A stretch of 60,994 nt of DNA, the filler included, from Bipalium vagum (taxonomy: Eukaryota): NCBI GenBank assembly GCA_037834085.1. It is 3 parts of 3 records of this genome, joined end to end, with 100 filler letters (N's around TTAATTAATTAA, not from the genome) between each part and the next. Parts side by side here need not be neighbours in the genome. Positions count along the whole stretch, not along the records: positions 1 to 19,282 come from JBBMKC010005572.1; 2 more parts are not named here. One strand, given 5' to 3'. The notes under the pieces are model-generated. The model worked only from the letters and a program-made list of their open reading frames with translations. It was not told the origin of the DNA and made no database searches. Every line of letters begins with the position of its first letter. Within the stretch, counting starts at the first letter, position 1. Shown in pieces: positions 1 to 14,297 of this stretch. The translations under genes and the position numbers were made by a program.

Positions 1-635
1 CCTATATTAATAGAGTTAGCATTTTTATATTTTCGAGATTAGATCTCGCAGTAAGCGTCGAACCAAAACACTTACATCCTCATCTTCTCCTCTTCTTAGT
101 TGATGATTCCCACAGTATCATTGTCTGACCCCTATGGATAACCAACACCCTCGAGAAAAATGTCAACGATTCCAACTTCATTTTCCATATGTGAACGGAA
201 AAAATTCATAAAATAAAACAAACATTAAGAAAAATAATTGTACTTTTAAATAAAATTATTTTTCAATTTCCATTTTTTTAATTAAGTATGTTTACCCTCT
301 TTTTATGTATTATTTTATATTTTATAAAAAATAATAATATTTAAATTATAAATTTGTTTTTAATTAATATAAATAAATATAATAATAATAATAATATAAA
401 TTGGGAGTTGAAGTTAATTAAAACTTAACCCACAAAATTAGTAAAAATATTTTAAATGAATAATAATCATTCAGAAAATGAAACTTACTAAAAATACATT
501 AATATGAGAAAATATTAATATGTGGGTGGATATATTTAGTAAGTTCTATAATATAAAAACTTTCCTAAAATAGCAAAAACTCACATTACTCTATTAATGG
601 AAAGTTTTATTTTTAACCAATCAAGAGATCAGGAA

Positions 636-1200
636 TGTGAAAATCAGGAGTATATAAGCTATTGGTTTTCTCATTTAAATCGCATTTTAACTTCGCATAT
701 ACAAGTTAAGCTAATAGTAAAAGGTAATATTAAATACGCTTCGGTTATTTAAGAAAATATCGATTTCTTTTGAGTAAAATTTAAATAATTAAAAAATCAT
801 CAACGTATTCAGAGTAAATACTCTGCAATACGTTCTTTTTATATTTTTTTTCTTAGTTCCTTTTTTGTTCTCTTAGCAAATTATTCTGCTTCGCTCTAGG
901 CGACAGAATACGTATTTTTGACATCAGAGCTTCTTCGGTTATCGTAAAACCAAGAAAGAAGACTTTAATTAATTAATATTATTATTGTGATAAGAAAGAG
1001 TTGTATTTGTTTTACAACATATATATTTTTGTAATAAAATCGTGTTATCTCAGTTGATTTTAGTTAAATTTAGTTCGTATCTTAGAACACTCATTTGTTA
1101 TACTACCTTTGAATGAGTTGGTGAGCCAATATCTAACCTATATTAATAGTGTTAGCATTTTATATTTTTGAGATTAGGTGTCTCATTAACTGTTGAACCA
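636..1200 (+). repeat. Possible LTR-like repeat; its last ~64 bp (1137-1200) recur, diverged, at 1-65
   Basis: CCTATATTAATAG(A/T)GTTAGCATTTT..GAGATTAG..GAACCA is present at both 1-65 and 1137-1200. TG at 636 follows a purine-rich stretch and CA ends at 1200, giving ~565 bp, similar to the other LTRs in this window. Boundaries are speculative. Confidence 0.3.
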
Positions 1201-1399
1201 AATTGTAATCGAAATAGCATGGGAATAAGGTTTAAATAATTTAATAATATAATAATAATTTATTATAATTTAATAATTTTATATACCTCATATATATATA
1301 GTAATGGGGATATAGATTTGAAATCATGATACTGTAAAATTGAAATACCATGTAATTTGCACAAGGATGTACATAAATTAAAAATATAGGAAATAAATA

Positions 1400-1960
1400 T
1401 TTTACAATATTATCTCTTCATGATAGAGAACGTCGGAATTAATGGTCCTTTAGTGTGGCTGCAGCTCAAAGAAAATTATTCATTACCAGTCTCACCATAC
1501 TAAGAGGTGAGAGATGGTTCATACCTTTTCTTCACGAATTTCCCTTTGAGGTGAGTGTTGAAATTGTTCATCTCTCCTGCTCCATGATCACTTGCGGCTG
1601 TAGTTACTTTAAATAATCTACTTTTCTGTAAGCAGATGTGGTACTTATACACCGAGCTTTGGAACGTAATTTAGACCTTTTAATTGGTATGAACTGTGAA
1701 ATTAGACAGATATGACATCTTTTTAATTTTCTTAGTTGTCTCTTTTAACGATAGTTCTCATGTTGTGCACATCAGTCTTGACTAGTCTTCCATAACGCGG
1801 CCAATCTTGAAGGTCGAAATTTCCCGAACGAAATCTGGAAAACCACGCTTGACATTGGCTTTAAATTACTATATACCGCACATAATTTTCTTCTGACATT
1901 TGGGCATTACTCCTTTACAGAAATAAAACAGTAAAATATGCCGAAAATAAAACTTTCATT
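1400..1960 (-). mobile_element. Decayed mariner transposase fragment
   Basis: Minus-strand translation CQAWFSRFRSGNFDLQDWPRYGR (mariner HTH, WF.RF..G..DL.D..R.GR) plus a VPHLLT-like motif; stops and frameshifts. Ends approximate. Confidence 0.7.
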
Positions 1961-2557
1961 TCAGATTTCCGAACTAAAAAAATTATTTCATATATTTAAG
2001 CAATTTTACCCATTAATCATACTTGATTAATGTAATCAATATTGAACTTTTTATTAATAACTTATATTGATACTTTGGATTTATAAAACTTCAACTAAAA
2101 AAAACTTTTCGAACCTATTTTTTCAAACATTTCTGAATTCATCATAACCACTGAATATGATTTATTATTAAATAATATTTACTACCTTTTGTCAAAGTTT
2201 AACGTTCAAACAATAATTTATCATATGTGGTACTTAAGTATTTCGTTATAATTATCTTTACTTGTGATCTCCAAATCTAGTTGCACCAGAGTAAAAAAAA
2301 ATCCTTATATGAAATCCAACATAAAATCAAACCAGTCAAGACTAATTTAATAATTTATTCATAACATGGTTCAACAAAGGTCTGACATAATTGAAGAGAA
2401 TTAGTCAAACACATACAAGCACTCACACGAACGAACTCAGGCTCAGATTGAAAAACTCTCTAATTTCTAAAATTCGTATTTCTATCACACACCGATGGGA
2501 AAAACGAAACACTTATCATTGATATTTACATTCCCAATAATAAATCTAATTTTAGTT

Positions 2558-4183
2558 TCATTTCCCCTCCAACTTCTTTTTCAACGATTCCGGAATCACT
2601 GGCGGACCTGGTCGCGGCATGCGCGTAGCCACTTTGAACCCATCGTAAATAAACCACTGCAACGCGGTCAAAGTACCGATCATAATGATCCTGGGTAATA
2701 TTCCACTCCACATACCTATAAAAAGACAAAGAATCAAAGTTTTGTGATTTTCATTATATAGAAATCGATGTAACAACCACAATTAATAAAATAGGATAAT
2801 CGATAATATTATTGCTAAACCAAAGAAAAAATAATCAATTAAAATAAAAATATCCATTAAAACCACAAATTTTATTGATAAGCTAAAAAAATCAATAACA
2901 ATCAATTTTATAATTATTGTTGATACTAATTGACAATTATGGATCTATTATTAGATATTTTCATTATCACCATGGCAAAAATTATTGATAATTATAGCAA
3001 GAAAAATTTCTTAGAGACGGTCGTTGGCAACCATTTTTCGTTTTTTAAACGTTGATTGCCTTTTTTCTATCACCAGAAAAAAGGATATTAATAGATCGAT
3101 TGATATATATATATTTATTTATTATAACACTATAAGGGTATCTAAGGAACTCACGGAATCACGTTAAAAGAAATAACCGATAAAAACTCAAAAATTATGA
3201 ATAAAACTTAGGAAAATCAATGGGCACCTTAACGATTATAAAATTATTTAGTAAAAATAAATCGATTTCTCATACTAACAATAAATAATTTCTAAAAAAA
3301 ATCAATAATTACCCAGCAATCCCAAATTCCTCGCTACCTCTCCCAGCTTTGCGTTCTTGTCCTGGTTGAGCTTGCTGACAATCGTGTCGGCAGGATGGGA
3401 AATAACTGCACAGAACACTCCGGCAATGTAACCGGCCACAAAGGTTACGACAAGTTGTTCGCCCTTGGTACACTTGTCTCGGGGTTTGGGCACGACATAT
3501 TTGTAAAGGGCCTCCAAAGTCCGCTCGAAGCACGAGAATTTCATCATCGTGTACGGGATCTGTCGGCCCCACAATGGTACGATACCCTTGTAGAATCCGC
3601 CCAATCCCTCCTGAGCAATCATCTTCGGCAGTGCTTCGCGCAGCGTCGACGCGAATCCGGGCATCGTTTGGATTCGGACTTTGACGGCTTCCATTGGACA
3701 GAGCAGGATATCGGCAAAGAATTCGGCACTGGCACTGGCCGCCAAGTAAATGCTCGTTCGCCAAAGAAAAGCGTTTTCCTGAGAGAATTTTTCATTCAAT
3801 TTCCATCTTTGTCATGAAAAAAGTACTTCCGATAGGGCATTGGAATATTCGGTTTTGAACAATTCGTACAACCCAAACTTCCCCAACCCTTGCATTGAAT
3901 AACCGATTAGGGTCGGTGCCCAGCCTTTGGCCAGACCACGAATACCCTCTTCGTGAATGGAAACTTTAAAACCATTGACGATTCCCTTGTACTTAGCTTT
4001 ATCTACTTGGATTCGACATTTGACCAAGTCCAAAGGAACAATTGCCGTGTGAGTTGTTCCACAACTCAGAATACCACCCACTCCACACAATGCGTAAAAT
4101 TTTGCCGTTCCAAATTCACAGCTGTTATTGGTACCAGACGGAGCAGATGATCCACAATTGGCTTGTAAATACTTTATGAACAT
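2558..4183 (-). CDS. SLC25A3: Mitochondrial phosphate carrier (PiC/SLC25A3 family). Exons 4183-3827, 3778-3313, 2715-2558
   Basis: Carrier signatures PLDLVKCRIQ, PMEAVKVRIQ, PADTIVSKL; PiC-typical CGTTHT, GYSMQGLGKFGLYE, RQIPYTMMKF, RIIMIGTLTALQWFIYD. GT-AG introns of 48 and ~600 bp with compatible phases. Confidence 0.95.
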
Positions 4184-4755
4184 ATTTTGTGTTTTTAAAA
4201 AAGCAGGAAATTGAAAGTATTCGTTTTATAATTTACAAATTAAAACAACACTTTTCTTTGTTAATTTAATCACGTATTTTTGTTTTCTTAGTGAATATTA
4301 TATTTTTATTCATACTATTTATTCATAAAATTTATTTTAAAATTTAGCTGTTTTTTACTTTTCCAAAAATATAATGTTGAGATTTTTTGTTAAAAATTAT
4401 TCAAATATTTAAATAAATTAGAAATTTTATGAATTTATTATTACTTTTCAAATAAACATATACAAAAATTACGCAATTATAAAATTTTTTTAATATATTT
4501 ATTTTATTATACTTTAAATGAATTGTGGATTGACTAACTCATGTTTCCTAAGTATAGAAACGTAGAAAACAAGTTAATGAAAAACCACGTGTGCATATTT
4601 TTCTCTGTTTGCGTCTGTGTGTGTTTGTGAATGCTTGTCTTATGTAATAATTTGCAATATTTGTATGCGACCTACAAATTTTGGTGACTAATTTTAGCTA
4701 TTTTTTCATTGGTCATTCAAAATAGTCGATAATGTTTAGTTAGATCTTGTCAAAA
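4184..4755. promoter_or_regulatory. Probable bidirectional promoter between the PiC gene and the RASSF-like gene
   Basis: Divergent start codons 572 bp apart (CAT 4181-4183; ATG 4756); a CACGTG E-box near 4586. Confidence 0.35.
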
Positions 4756-7700
4756 ATGAATGAATGCAATGGGAGAAGAAACAGTCTGGAGTTTAACAAA
4801 GTTAAACATAAGCCAAGTGAATCAAGTTTCCGAATCCATTTGCAAAGTACCAAAGCTATTTGTCGGAATAAATCAATACCAACAACAGATTCATTGAAAC
4901 TATACGAAGATCAAATGGTATTGAAAAATCCAATGTTAGTTGATATCAGTGAATCGTCGTTACAAAAACGACCTCTTTCCCTATGTTTCGATTTGGGTTC
5001 ATCGGGCGAAGAAATCAATAGTACTGATACGTCATCTACTATGTCATCAGTGTCATCTTCATCGTCTTCAAACTCAAAATCGTACCACAGTTGCAGTAAT
5101 GGTAGTTCATATTTATCAGATTTATGTAATAATGATTTTATACTATGAATAGAAAGCGATCCGTTCTTAGAAGATGAACATTACAAAGTTACCAAACACA
5201 GCTCTCTCAGTGAAGAATATGTAAGTAGAAGCCGACAGCAATATATTTCTCATGACAGTGTCTTCTTAGGACTTAGACTCCGACAAATATTCCACCTCAA
5301 ACGAATCATCAAAAAAAGAAAGTATCGTCACAGTAATCAACAGCCGCAATTACAAAACAATGGAATTATTGGACCTATCGGAAAGTTTTCCCCAACCCTC
5401 TGAGTATGAGCACTTGTCAGATCGCAACCTTATTCTTTTGGATCACCACTACGATTTGAGCAGTTCGGACAATATCGACATTTTGAAAATGGATGTTTCG
5501 GAAAACGAGTTTACCCATGTCAATTCCCTGGACTCAGATACCTGGACAACGGACATGAAAGACGTTATTAAAATTTTCAACTCTAATTCCGTGGGGATGA
5601 AAATGTTTGAAGACGAAACAAATGTATGTTTTGAACAAAAATTTTAATTTCAATTTTTGTTTTTTTCCTTTAGAAATCGTTGATTTGTACTGTGAAAATA
5701 TTTATCAATCTCTGTGAACCGGTGAAATTAACTTTACCAAATGTTGTTGTCATGTCCTGTAAGACCCTCTTTCCTCGAGGCGGTTTTGAACTGGTCGACA
5801 TTGACAGGTAGTGATTATACTGAGTTCTATTTTTGATTGTTTACTCCTTAAAACCAAACTCAATGGCAGTCGCCATTTTGAATTTTTGTTTGAGTGATAT
5901 CATTTAAACAAACTATTTTTCCCATTAATTTTATTCAATATGCCAACAACACGAAACTTTATTTAACGTCGAAATAAATTTCTTTCTTATTTTTTAAACT
6001 AGTCATATAGGAGTTAGTAGAAGTAAAATTTTGCGTGTGTAATAAAATTTTCTTTGTCACTTGGAAAATGATGTTCGAAATTTGTTCATTTATAAATTTA
6101 TTTTTTTTGTTATGTATGATAATGTAAATGGTCATCGGTAGTTTACAACATATTGTAATGGTTGCCTAAATTTGAATATGTTCACAACGTAGAATGTTGT
6201 CGGGGTTTCACAATAATGCTTTATGCTCAAAGTATTACAATTCTGATTCAAAATTGAATGAAGTAGTTCTAGTGTATACGGCTTATCGCATAGATGTTCC
6301 AATGTTTTTTTAACTAGAATAAATAAATGAGAATATTTTAGCTTCAGATACTTCACCAAAAATTTTTGTCGATGTTATAATTTGATCTTATCAAGACAAA
6401 TGTATCAAAAAAAAGTTTGATATGATAATTTTTAAACAGAAACTGAAACAGATTTTATTTTTCCGATAATCTTAGTTCTTAATCTTCACCTTGAATTAGT
6501 AACTTGTGAATAGGGTTGAATAAATTATAACTAATTTGTTTAATTAAATATTAATTTTTATAAGTGAAAGATTTAAAGTTTATACGAAAAAGCAACTACA
6601 GTAATAATAATTTATAATATTAACATAATAACATTAATTAAATTATACATCTTTCTAAAATAATTATGAAGTATCCTTGTTGTCTTGCCTCATGATAATT
6701 TATAATAACTATTTCTCTCATTTCTAAATTAATTTCATAAGGCGCTGGTCACTAGGGAAATATGTTTGTTTTATTTAACATATTTTTAAAAAAATAATCT
6801 TGTAAGTATGGCTACTTTTTATTTTTTAATTAATTTGAGGTCATTTTCTTTCATTCTAATTTTTTCGTTATTTAACCTCTATTTTTTCAATTGATTATAT
6901 TATAAACTTTCTACAAAATCTACCATATGGCACAAACAAACTGAATTTTTTAGAATTCTTACTACAGGATCACAGTTTGATAATAAACAATTTTTATCAA
7001 TTATTATCAACTAAATTGTAATATTTATATAAAAATATATTTAAAATTATAACATACATTTATATAATAATTACCTTTTGAAAGATATTATCACATTTAT
7101 GTTAGGATGGATGGTATTAATATATAATTATACTATAAAATTATATTTGGTTTTTATTGAAAATGATGTTTTAAAGTTAAAATTTTATTCCACAATTGTT
7201 TAAATTGTAATTATAATTTAAGCAAGCCAAACTTCTCATTACGAAGTATAGTTAGGCTCAATTTTTTTAATAAGGTGTATTCATATTGTCCTAATAATTC
7301 TTGGAATCTTCATATTTAAGAAAGACTGTTAATTATGATTGATCTTCTGTATTATTTCTTTCATATTTTTGAATTTTGTTTTTAGATAAATCGATGTATT
7401 AATTAAATAAAATTGAAATACTTAAACAAAGCATTTCAATCTTAATAAATATTAAAATAACTATTAATTTTAAATTCTTGCTAATTTATCACATCAACCC
7501 TGTTTTCAATATTTTTATTTACTCTAATTACTGAACCATAATATTTATTGATGTAATCTTATATAGGTACACAAATATTCATTTTAAAATTAAAATCCTG
7601 TCAGATCTGTTTTTGTATTTTTATCATATTTTATTTTAGTTACTTATTAATTTGAATTAGATTTTCTCAACTTAATTTATAATTTTGAATTACAAAACTT

Positions 7701-9197
7701 TCTTTAACATTTTATTTTTTAATTATTATTTTGTTACTTGTGTTATCATTCATGCTACTTAATTTTTCATTTTGTAATTATAAAAGTTTTTTTTTAAAAA
7801 TTGAATACAATAATGTAACCATTAAATATTTAAAACTATCGTAATTTTTTTAATAGAATATTAAGTATTTTTAACTGATTTTACAATAATTGTCTTTTAT
7901 TTTTCATTTTGTGAAGTATTATTAAGCAAATATTTTAGTCTGAAAAGCATTAAATTAACATAAAAGTATAATGAAACAAAATCAGTGGTCATTGTCATTG
8001 TATTTTAAAACATAATGGAAATATTTGAACTTATGAAAAATATTTTGGAAAATAATACTCATTATTATTATTAAGTATTTGTATTATTATTATTATTATT
8101 AGTATTGATCTTATGTACCAGTGCATAAATTTTAATTCTTTATCATATAAATGTTTGTCAACAAAATAATGCAAATTAATGCTTAAATTTAATATACAAT
8201 TATACAGTAGCTCTTAAAGAGATAATTAAAAAATTATTGATATTTAATTAATTGAAGTTGTTTAAATTTTTATGAAGTTTGGCAGATTTTTAATTTTAAA
8301 ATGTTAAAAGACGATTTTTCTTTTCCAAAAGAATTGAGTTCTATTGTAGAACACACTTAAATTAAACGAATGCTGGGATCTGTGACTTTTTACAAAGATT
8401 TATATTTGATTTAAATCAAAAAATTCTTTGCAAATGACAACAGAGATCTAACAGAAATTATTTTCGCCAATATACCTATTTTTAGATTTCTATTTTTGTG
8501 TACTTTTTTACAAAAAACAGTATTTTTTATAGGGTACATTTATTGTGAAAAAACCTTGTAGTACTGAAACTGACAACCCTAATTCATTTGGTATGTGTTG
8601 ATTTATCTAAATTTAGAAGTTTTTTTTTATTATTTGTATGATTTGTAATATTTAGGTTTTTTAAAATTTTGTTTCTTATATAGGTAAACGAAACAGATTA
8701 ATTTAAAAGATACCTCTGATTTTTTATTTCTACTGGGATATGTTTTGAATATTTAATGTTTGAATTTTTCCTGGTTTTTCAATAGGAATAAGAAATAAAA
8801 TTATTTTTTGTCTAAATTTAGTTTTCATTTTTGGTCAACCTATTTCCTATCTCAGTCTATTGAAAAATCCAGCAACAATGCAACATCGTTTTCTTATAAA
8901 TATATAATGGATTATAAGAGCTTATTGTAGTTGTGTCTGCCTAATCATTTGGAAATTTTAGAAAATATTTATTTATTCAAATACTCACGAATGTAAAAAT
9001 TTTCTAGGATAATTTATTTATTAATAAATATTGATAATTACAAAGTTATCTAACAAATAATAATATTGATTTATCTGTTATATTATTTTATTTGTTAGTG
9101 AAGCACAATATTAAATTATTTTTTGAAAAGATGGACAAGATAACTTAGAAATAAAAGAGTAATCCAACATAAAGTCATTATTCGATATAGAAACAAT

Positions 9198-9241
<44 letters not shown>

Positions 9242-12200
9242 TCTTATCTACGAACTTATAAACAAAATCAAAGACATTTATTCACTGGTTCGCACACTGG
9301 TTTATTAAGAGGAAAAATATTTTCTTAGAATAATAAGACCTTTTCCTGTTGTCCTTTTATTTTGATTTATCTTTTATGATAAAAGTGTCAATCATCAGTT
9401 GTTAATAAATATAAGATCATCAAATCTTATAAGATCAAATAATTTGCAAAACGAAACGATTTTTTTCTAATGTCCAAAATCTTCAACACGAAATGATTGC
9501 CATTTTTTAAACAAGCATAAAAGGTTGAACCATAATAATTGTAGATGAGAGATTCAAGATTTTATCGCAACGCTTAACTTGTTGACTTAGGTTGATATTA
9601 TATTCAATATGTCAGGTGTTTTAATAGCCACAAGTATTATGACCATCCTGATCTTCGTCGAAATTTAATTATTTTGTTATTCTGATACAGACACGGTTTA
9701 CGGTATGGTAAGTGGATCAATTTTAAAATATAACTCATTAAAGATTTTTGTGTGGAACAATACGCTTATACTTAATAAATTAATAATTCATTGAACGTGT
9801 TTTGATTCAATTCTGAGATTGATCTATAATCACTTAATTGCCATGATTATGTGTTTCTATTTGCTTGAGATGGATGAATTACTCAAAGTGATTTTAAATT
9901 TCAATTTTGATAGTACCAATGTACATATGCGATTGATTAGAGAAATTTACCAGTCCTGGAACTCTTATCGATTCCAGATTCATACTTCAGATTAATTAAA
10001 CTAAAATAACTAATTAAATAAAGAGGTTTTTATTTGATCGGTTATTTGGATGGTTCTAATTTATTGTTTTTTTATTAATTTCCCGTATTCATAGTTTATT
10101 TCTCCCTCTGGAATTTTCCGGCATATAAAATTGATTTTACGAAAATTTTCTTGCTCTATTACATCAAATTCAAAATTGATTTCTTATGAGTCGGCTTTTA
10201 TGAGTCAATCATTTTTATTTATTTTTCTCCCTTATAATAAGCATCTGAGATATCATTTGATTTGAAATGATACCACTTGGAAGCCATTTTTATCTCTAGA
10301 AACAAAACAAGATGTGGGTAAGTTTGAAGAAGGAGGAAGATTGGAGTTTATTTGGTGTAATTTAGTCATTAGAATAGCAGATCTGAGTTGGAGCACTTTC
10401 GAATGATCAATCACTTTTCTACAACAGACGGTTGTTTTATTTGAATCCTTTCATTTATACGGACTCGGACTACTGATGATTTCGAATATTCCCCACTTTT
10501 CTTTTTCAAGAGAATAAAGTAGAATAATATCAATAATAATATCAATAACTTTTGCCGAATAAGTGACCATATTAATGGTCTTTTGAATGACTCACTTGAT
10601 TTTATACATTAGAATGATGGAGTTTTAGTTTCAAGGATGTAATTATGGATCTAAATCTCTTGTAAAAAATAAGCTTAAAACGAAGAAAGTTGTTTGAATT
10701 TTGAAGAGTTAAAAACATAGATAAAAAATCACATTATCTCGCGTTTTTGGTTTCTTTTGTGAGCAGGCGCGATAGCTTTCTCAATTTCAGATCTTTTCTA
10801 ATACGTAAAATGTCAATCTTATTGATTTATTTGTTTATTGCACAAACTTGGGGTCTTTGATTTAGCAATCATCATGGACAACAGAATATATTTATTTAGA
10901 TAATTTGGCGTACAGAACATTCGGAGTCAAATGTGGCAACAACGAAATTCTGTAAGTCTTTTATGAATCATTCAGATTGATGACAACGATCCTTCACTAT
11001 ATTTATTAAGCATCGATTTTGTCTTTGCAAACATATATCTCTTACAACATTATGTTTCCTCAGCACTATAATTCTATATTTTGCCATGTTCACTAATGAA
11101 GAGGTTAAACTGTGTTTTTTTCCAGAAAAATAAATTAAATGTTGAATACTCTTATTTCTTGATTACAAAGTTCAATAATGAACAAGTTTTCATCAATATA
11201 TTGAACCAATTCTTTGATTGTAAATCAAACTTGTTAAATACCTCATCTCCTCAAGTGAATGGGTTGAAAATTGTGAAGTAACTTTATTTTAAATCATGTC
11301 GTCCTTCGTTCAACAATACTACTTTAATTTCGAAAAATTTGGTGACAAATATCGATTAATTTTTTTAAATAAATTTCATATTTAGTTCGTTAGGTAAAAA
11401 CTTTCACAAATCAAGTTTTACTGTCTTTCGTTGCCAGGAAAGCTTCTGGTAACAGTTTAGCTTCAGCACTCTTTTAGTCATAATCAATGTTGATTGGAAC
11501 TTGTTTTCAGATATGTTTGTTTGGTTTATTATTTAATCATAATAAAGACCATAAGTACAAAAAAATTTATTTCTCATTAATTATTTATTACGATGCTAAT
11601 TGATATTCTCTAAACATGTCCAGATCTCATGATGGTATTAAAGTTCGCTTTAATCGAAATCGATTTAGCACAGATAAAAGTAAAGTTATGTTAAAATAAT
11701 TAATTATATATTTCTCTCGATTATAAATAGATTAAATGTCGTACTTTTTATACTTTTTACGGTACTTAACAATAACAATGACATGGAGTCGATGGTAAAA
11801 TGTTTTGCAAACCAGATAAATATTTATGTACCTAATTGGTTTTCATTATCTGGTGCTTTGGTTTTATAGTTAATTTTCATAGAAACATTTTTGTAAAACA
11901 AAAGGAAATTTTGTTACTATTGTAACGAACTCTAAATCCTAAAGTATTGAGAATAAACGAGTAATTTTATATGATTTACCTGACTTCTGTTCTGTGAAAT
12001 ACGGAGTAGTCTCATATTCACTACAAGCAAAGAATTATTTGATTGAGTAAAAAGGATTCGTTATTCCTGTAGTGAATAAAATAAGAAAAATATTGATTAT
12101 TCTAAATCATTTGAAACATATTAAAATATATTTGTTTTAATACTCAAACTAGCGCGCTCGTTTTAAGTACGTTATTCTTAAGAAAATGATTCTTATTGAA

Positions 12201-13565
12201 ATTAGGAAAAGTATGGAAGATAATAATCAATAATTTCGTTGCTTGATGTTATTTTATTTTCATAAAGAAAAATGCAACGCAGATCAAAAAGAAAAATTTT
12301 CAAGTGAATGGAGAAGTGAGTGAACGCGTATGTCAGAACCCGTTTAAAAATTTCCGGACCAGTGATACGTTCAGAGAGGAGACCATTGTTGATAGATAGT
12401 AAATATATCGAAGGTTTGATTAAGGGAAATACGTACTATATAATGTGTGGCATTGTGGGTATTATCAATGTTTCTCAAGTCTATTTAAAATCAGTTGCCA
12501 TAGATTGGTTATGTTTCTCGTTACGATATTTGAGTGCCACATCACTTAATTGAAAAATTTTAATCGATCGAATATTAAAATGCAATTTATAGCTCAAGCT
12601 AAACCAGGAAAGTCCATTTCTCAAAAGAATTATTATGAGCGACGAAAAATGGTTCTTTTTTAATAACGTCCAAAAAGCGGCTCGCTGCGTTTAAATTTAT
12701 TTGAAACTTCTTTACTAATTACTATACATTAATTTAATTAAATCTTAAAAATAAAGTTTTATGGTCATCATAAAACTTCAGTTTCGATAAAATCTGACGT
12801 CAGGTTTATATTTGTGGACATTGAAAGTTCAAACGTACTATTTATGAGCAAAGTGAAATCAGTGAAATTCTTTATAAAATCTGAATAATATTTAATCATC
12901 TCTGATTAATTGTTTGTTTAAATTGTCCAGCTAATCATACATCTTTAATTCAGTAGTGTAAATGAATATAAATAGATGAACTACAGATACCTCATTTAAT
13001 CTGCACTCTTACCTTTTACATAAAAATAAAATGTTTATTCTTCTACGTTCACTGATATACATTTTTTATTTTAGTTTACAAAAATATCCATTGATTAGTT
13101 TTTAAAGGTTATTGTCATTCTTTTGCGATCTGTATTTCCCTTATATATGTGTGGCTAAAAAATCATTAAAATTGTGATTAATTCTAAGAAAATCAATGAA
13201 AATATATTTTAGCCTAATTATCAGAGAAAATTTTTCATTATTAAAATGCATAAATTATTTACCTAGCAACGCTTGAATATATTAGATTTGAAAGCCCGCT
13301 CCACTGATTAATATTAGCGGTCATTGATAAGAACATTGAAATGATTAATCTATAATCACTATTATGTCCATTGATAATTGATTTTTATGTGATCCACAAG
13401 TTTTTTTTAATTAACTTTTTTGTCTAGAGTATTAAACTTTATTCATAATATTCAGGTCTTCAACGTGCAGAAATATAATTGAGCACCTTTTTGATAAGTT
13501 TTGCATTCAAGAAAATTATAGCAATTATGGTTTGTTTGAGCACACAATCCAGGAGAACCAAAAAG
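4756..13565 (+). CDS. RASSF1/3/5-like Ras-association domain protein, 3' end not identified. Exons 4756-5101, 5153-5220, 5270-5623, 5674-5807, 13456-13565
   Basis: Spliced translation ..MKDVIKIFNSNSVGMKMFEDETN/KSLICTVKIFINLCEPV..KTLFPRGGFELVDIDR/SSTCRNIIEHLFDKFCIQENYSNYGLFEH follows the RASSF1/5 pattern (IKEYN..M; GFIKVQLKL.RPV; FYLP.....LH..S.T...EVI..LL.KF.....KFALFE). Splice phases are consistent. SARAH exons were not found before the spacer at 19283. Confidence 0.7.
9199..9240. repeat. (AAT)n microsatellite
   Basis: About 14 perfect AAT units. Confidence 0.9.
12250..12690 (+). mobile_element. Decayed mariner transposase fragment
   Basis: ESPFLKRIIMSDEKWFFFNN (mariner FL.RI.TGDEKW motif) with upstream GRP-like remnants. 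Confidence 0.7.
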
Positions 13566-14297
13566 GTAAATTTTTTAAAAGAAAAATTAATAATATTTTA
13601 TTGAAAAATATTCGAGTAATTTATAGTTTTCTTTCAACAAAACACAGAGGGTTTACTGTCGATTTTATTAAACAGTCTTTCGCTAATTGCAATTCTTTTA
13701 GCATAGTCTTCGTCATGTTACTTATTGATAATTTGGATTTTGTATGGATAAAGATGAAGATTTTATTGTACTACAAAAGTGTACAGCTTTAAAACTGCAT
13801 TTAACTTTCTCAACAAAAGTTCTTAGCGATATATAAGGTGCGTCTTCATAAATCCAAATTTTTATCTTCAGTTGATAATCTTCTAAAAATGTCTAGTCTA
13901 TTTGATTTTCGGAAATATCTTTCTCATTGTTCTCGGTGTAGGGATATTTTCCATCAAAAGTTCTAATTGCCACCTGACTAATGAGACTGATTCAATCTCA
14001 GCTATTAGTAAAAAAAATTGCACTTTCTCATCAATGAAGAACATTATTAAAATTTGAATTTACTGCAATGTAATTCGATAAAATCGACTTAATAAAACAA
14101 TTATAAATTCACATTAAATTTCGGAAATTATCTTTCTTAGAAAAATGAAATATTAATTGTGATATATATATCGGGTACTTTTTTTAATAAAATCATATTT
14201 TAAATGAAAGAAGCATAGGTATGTCTATGACAACGGTAAATTATATTAATAAAATAATTAATAATAAAAATTTCCTTGAATTTTTCACTCTTTTAAA

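Noticed and set aside
3309-3817. Long alternative-frame and antisense ORFs over PiC exon 2
   Set aside because: By-product of the GC-richer codon usage of a conserved exon.
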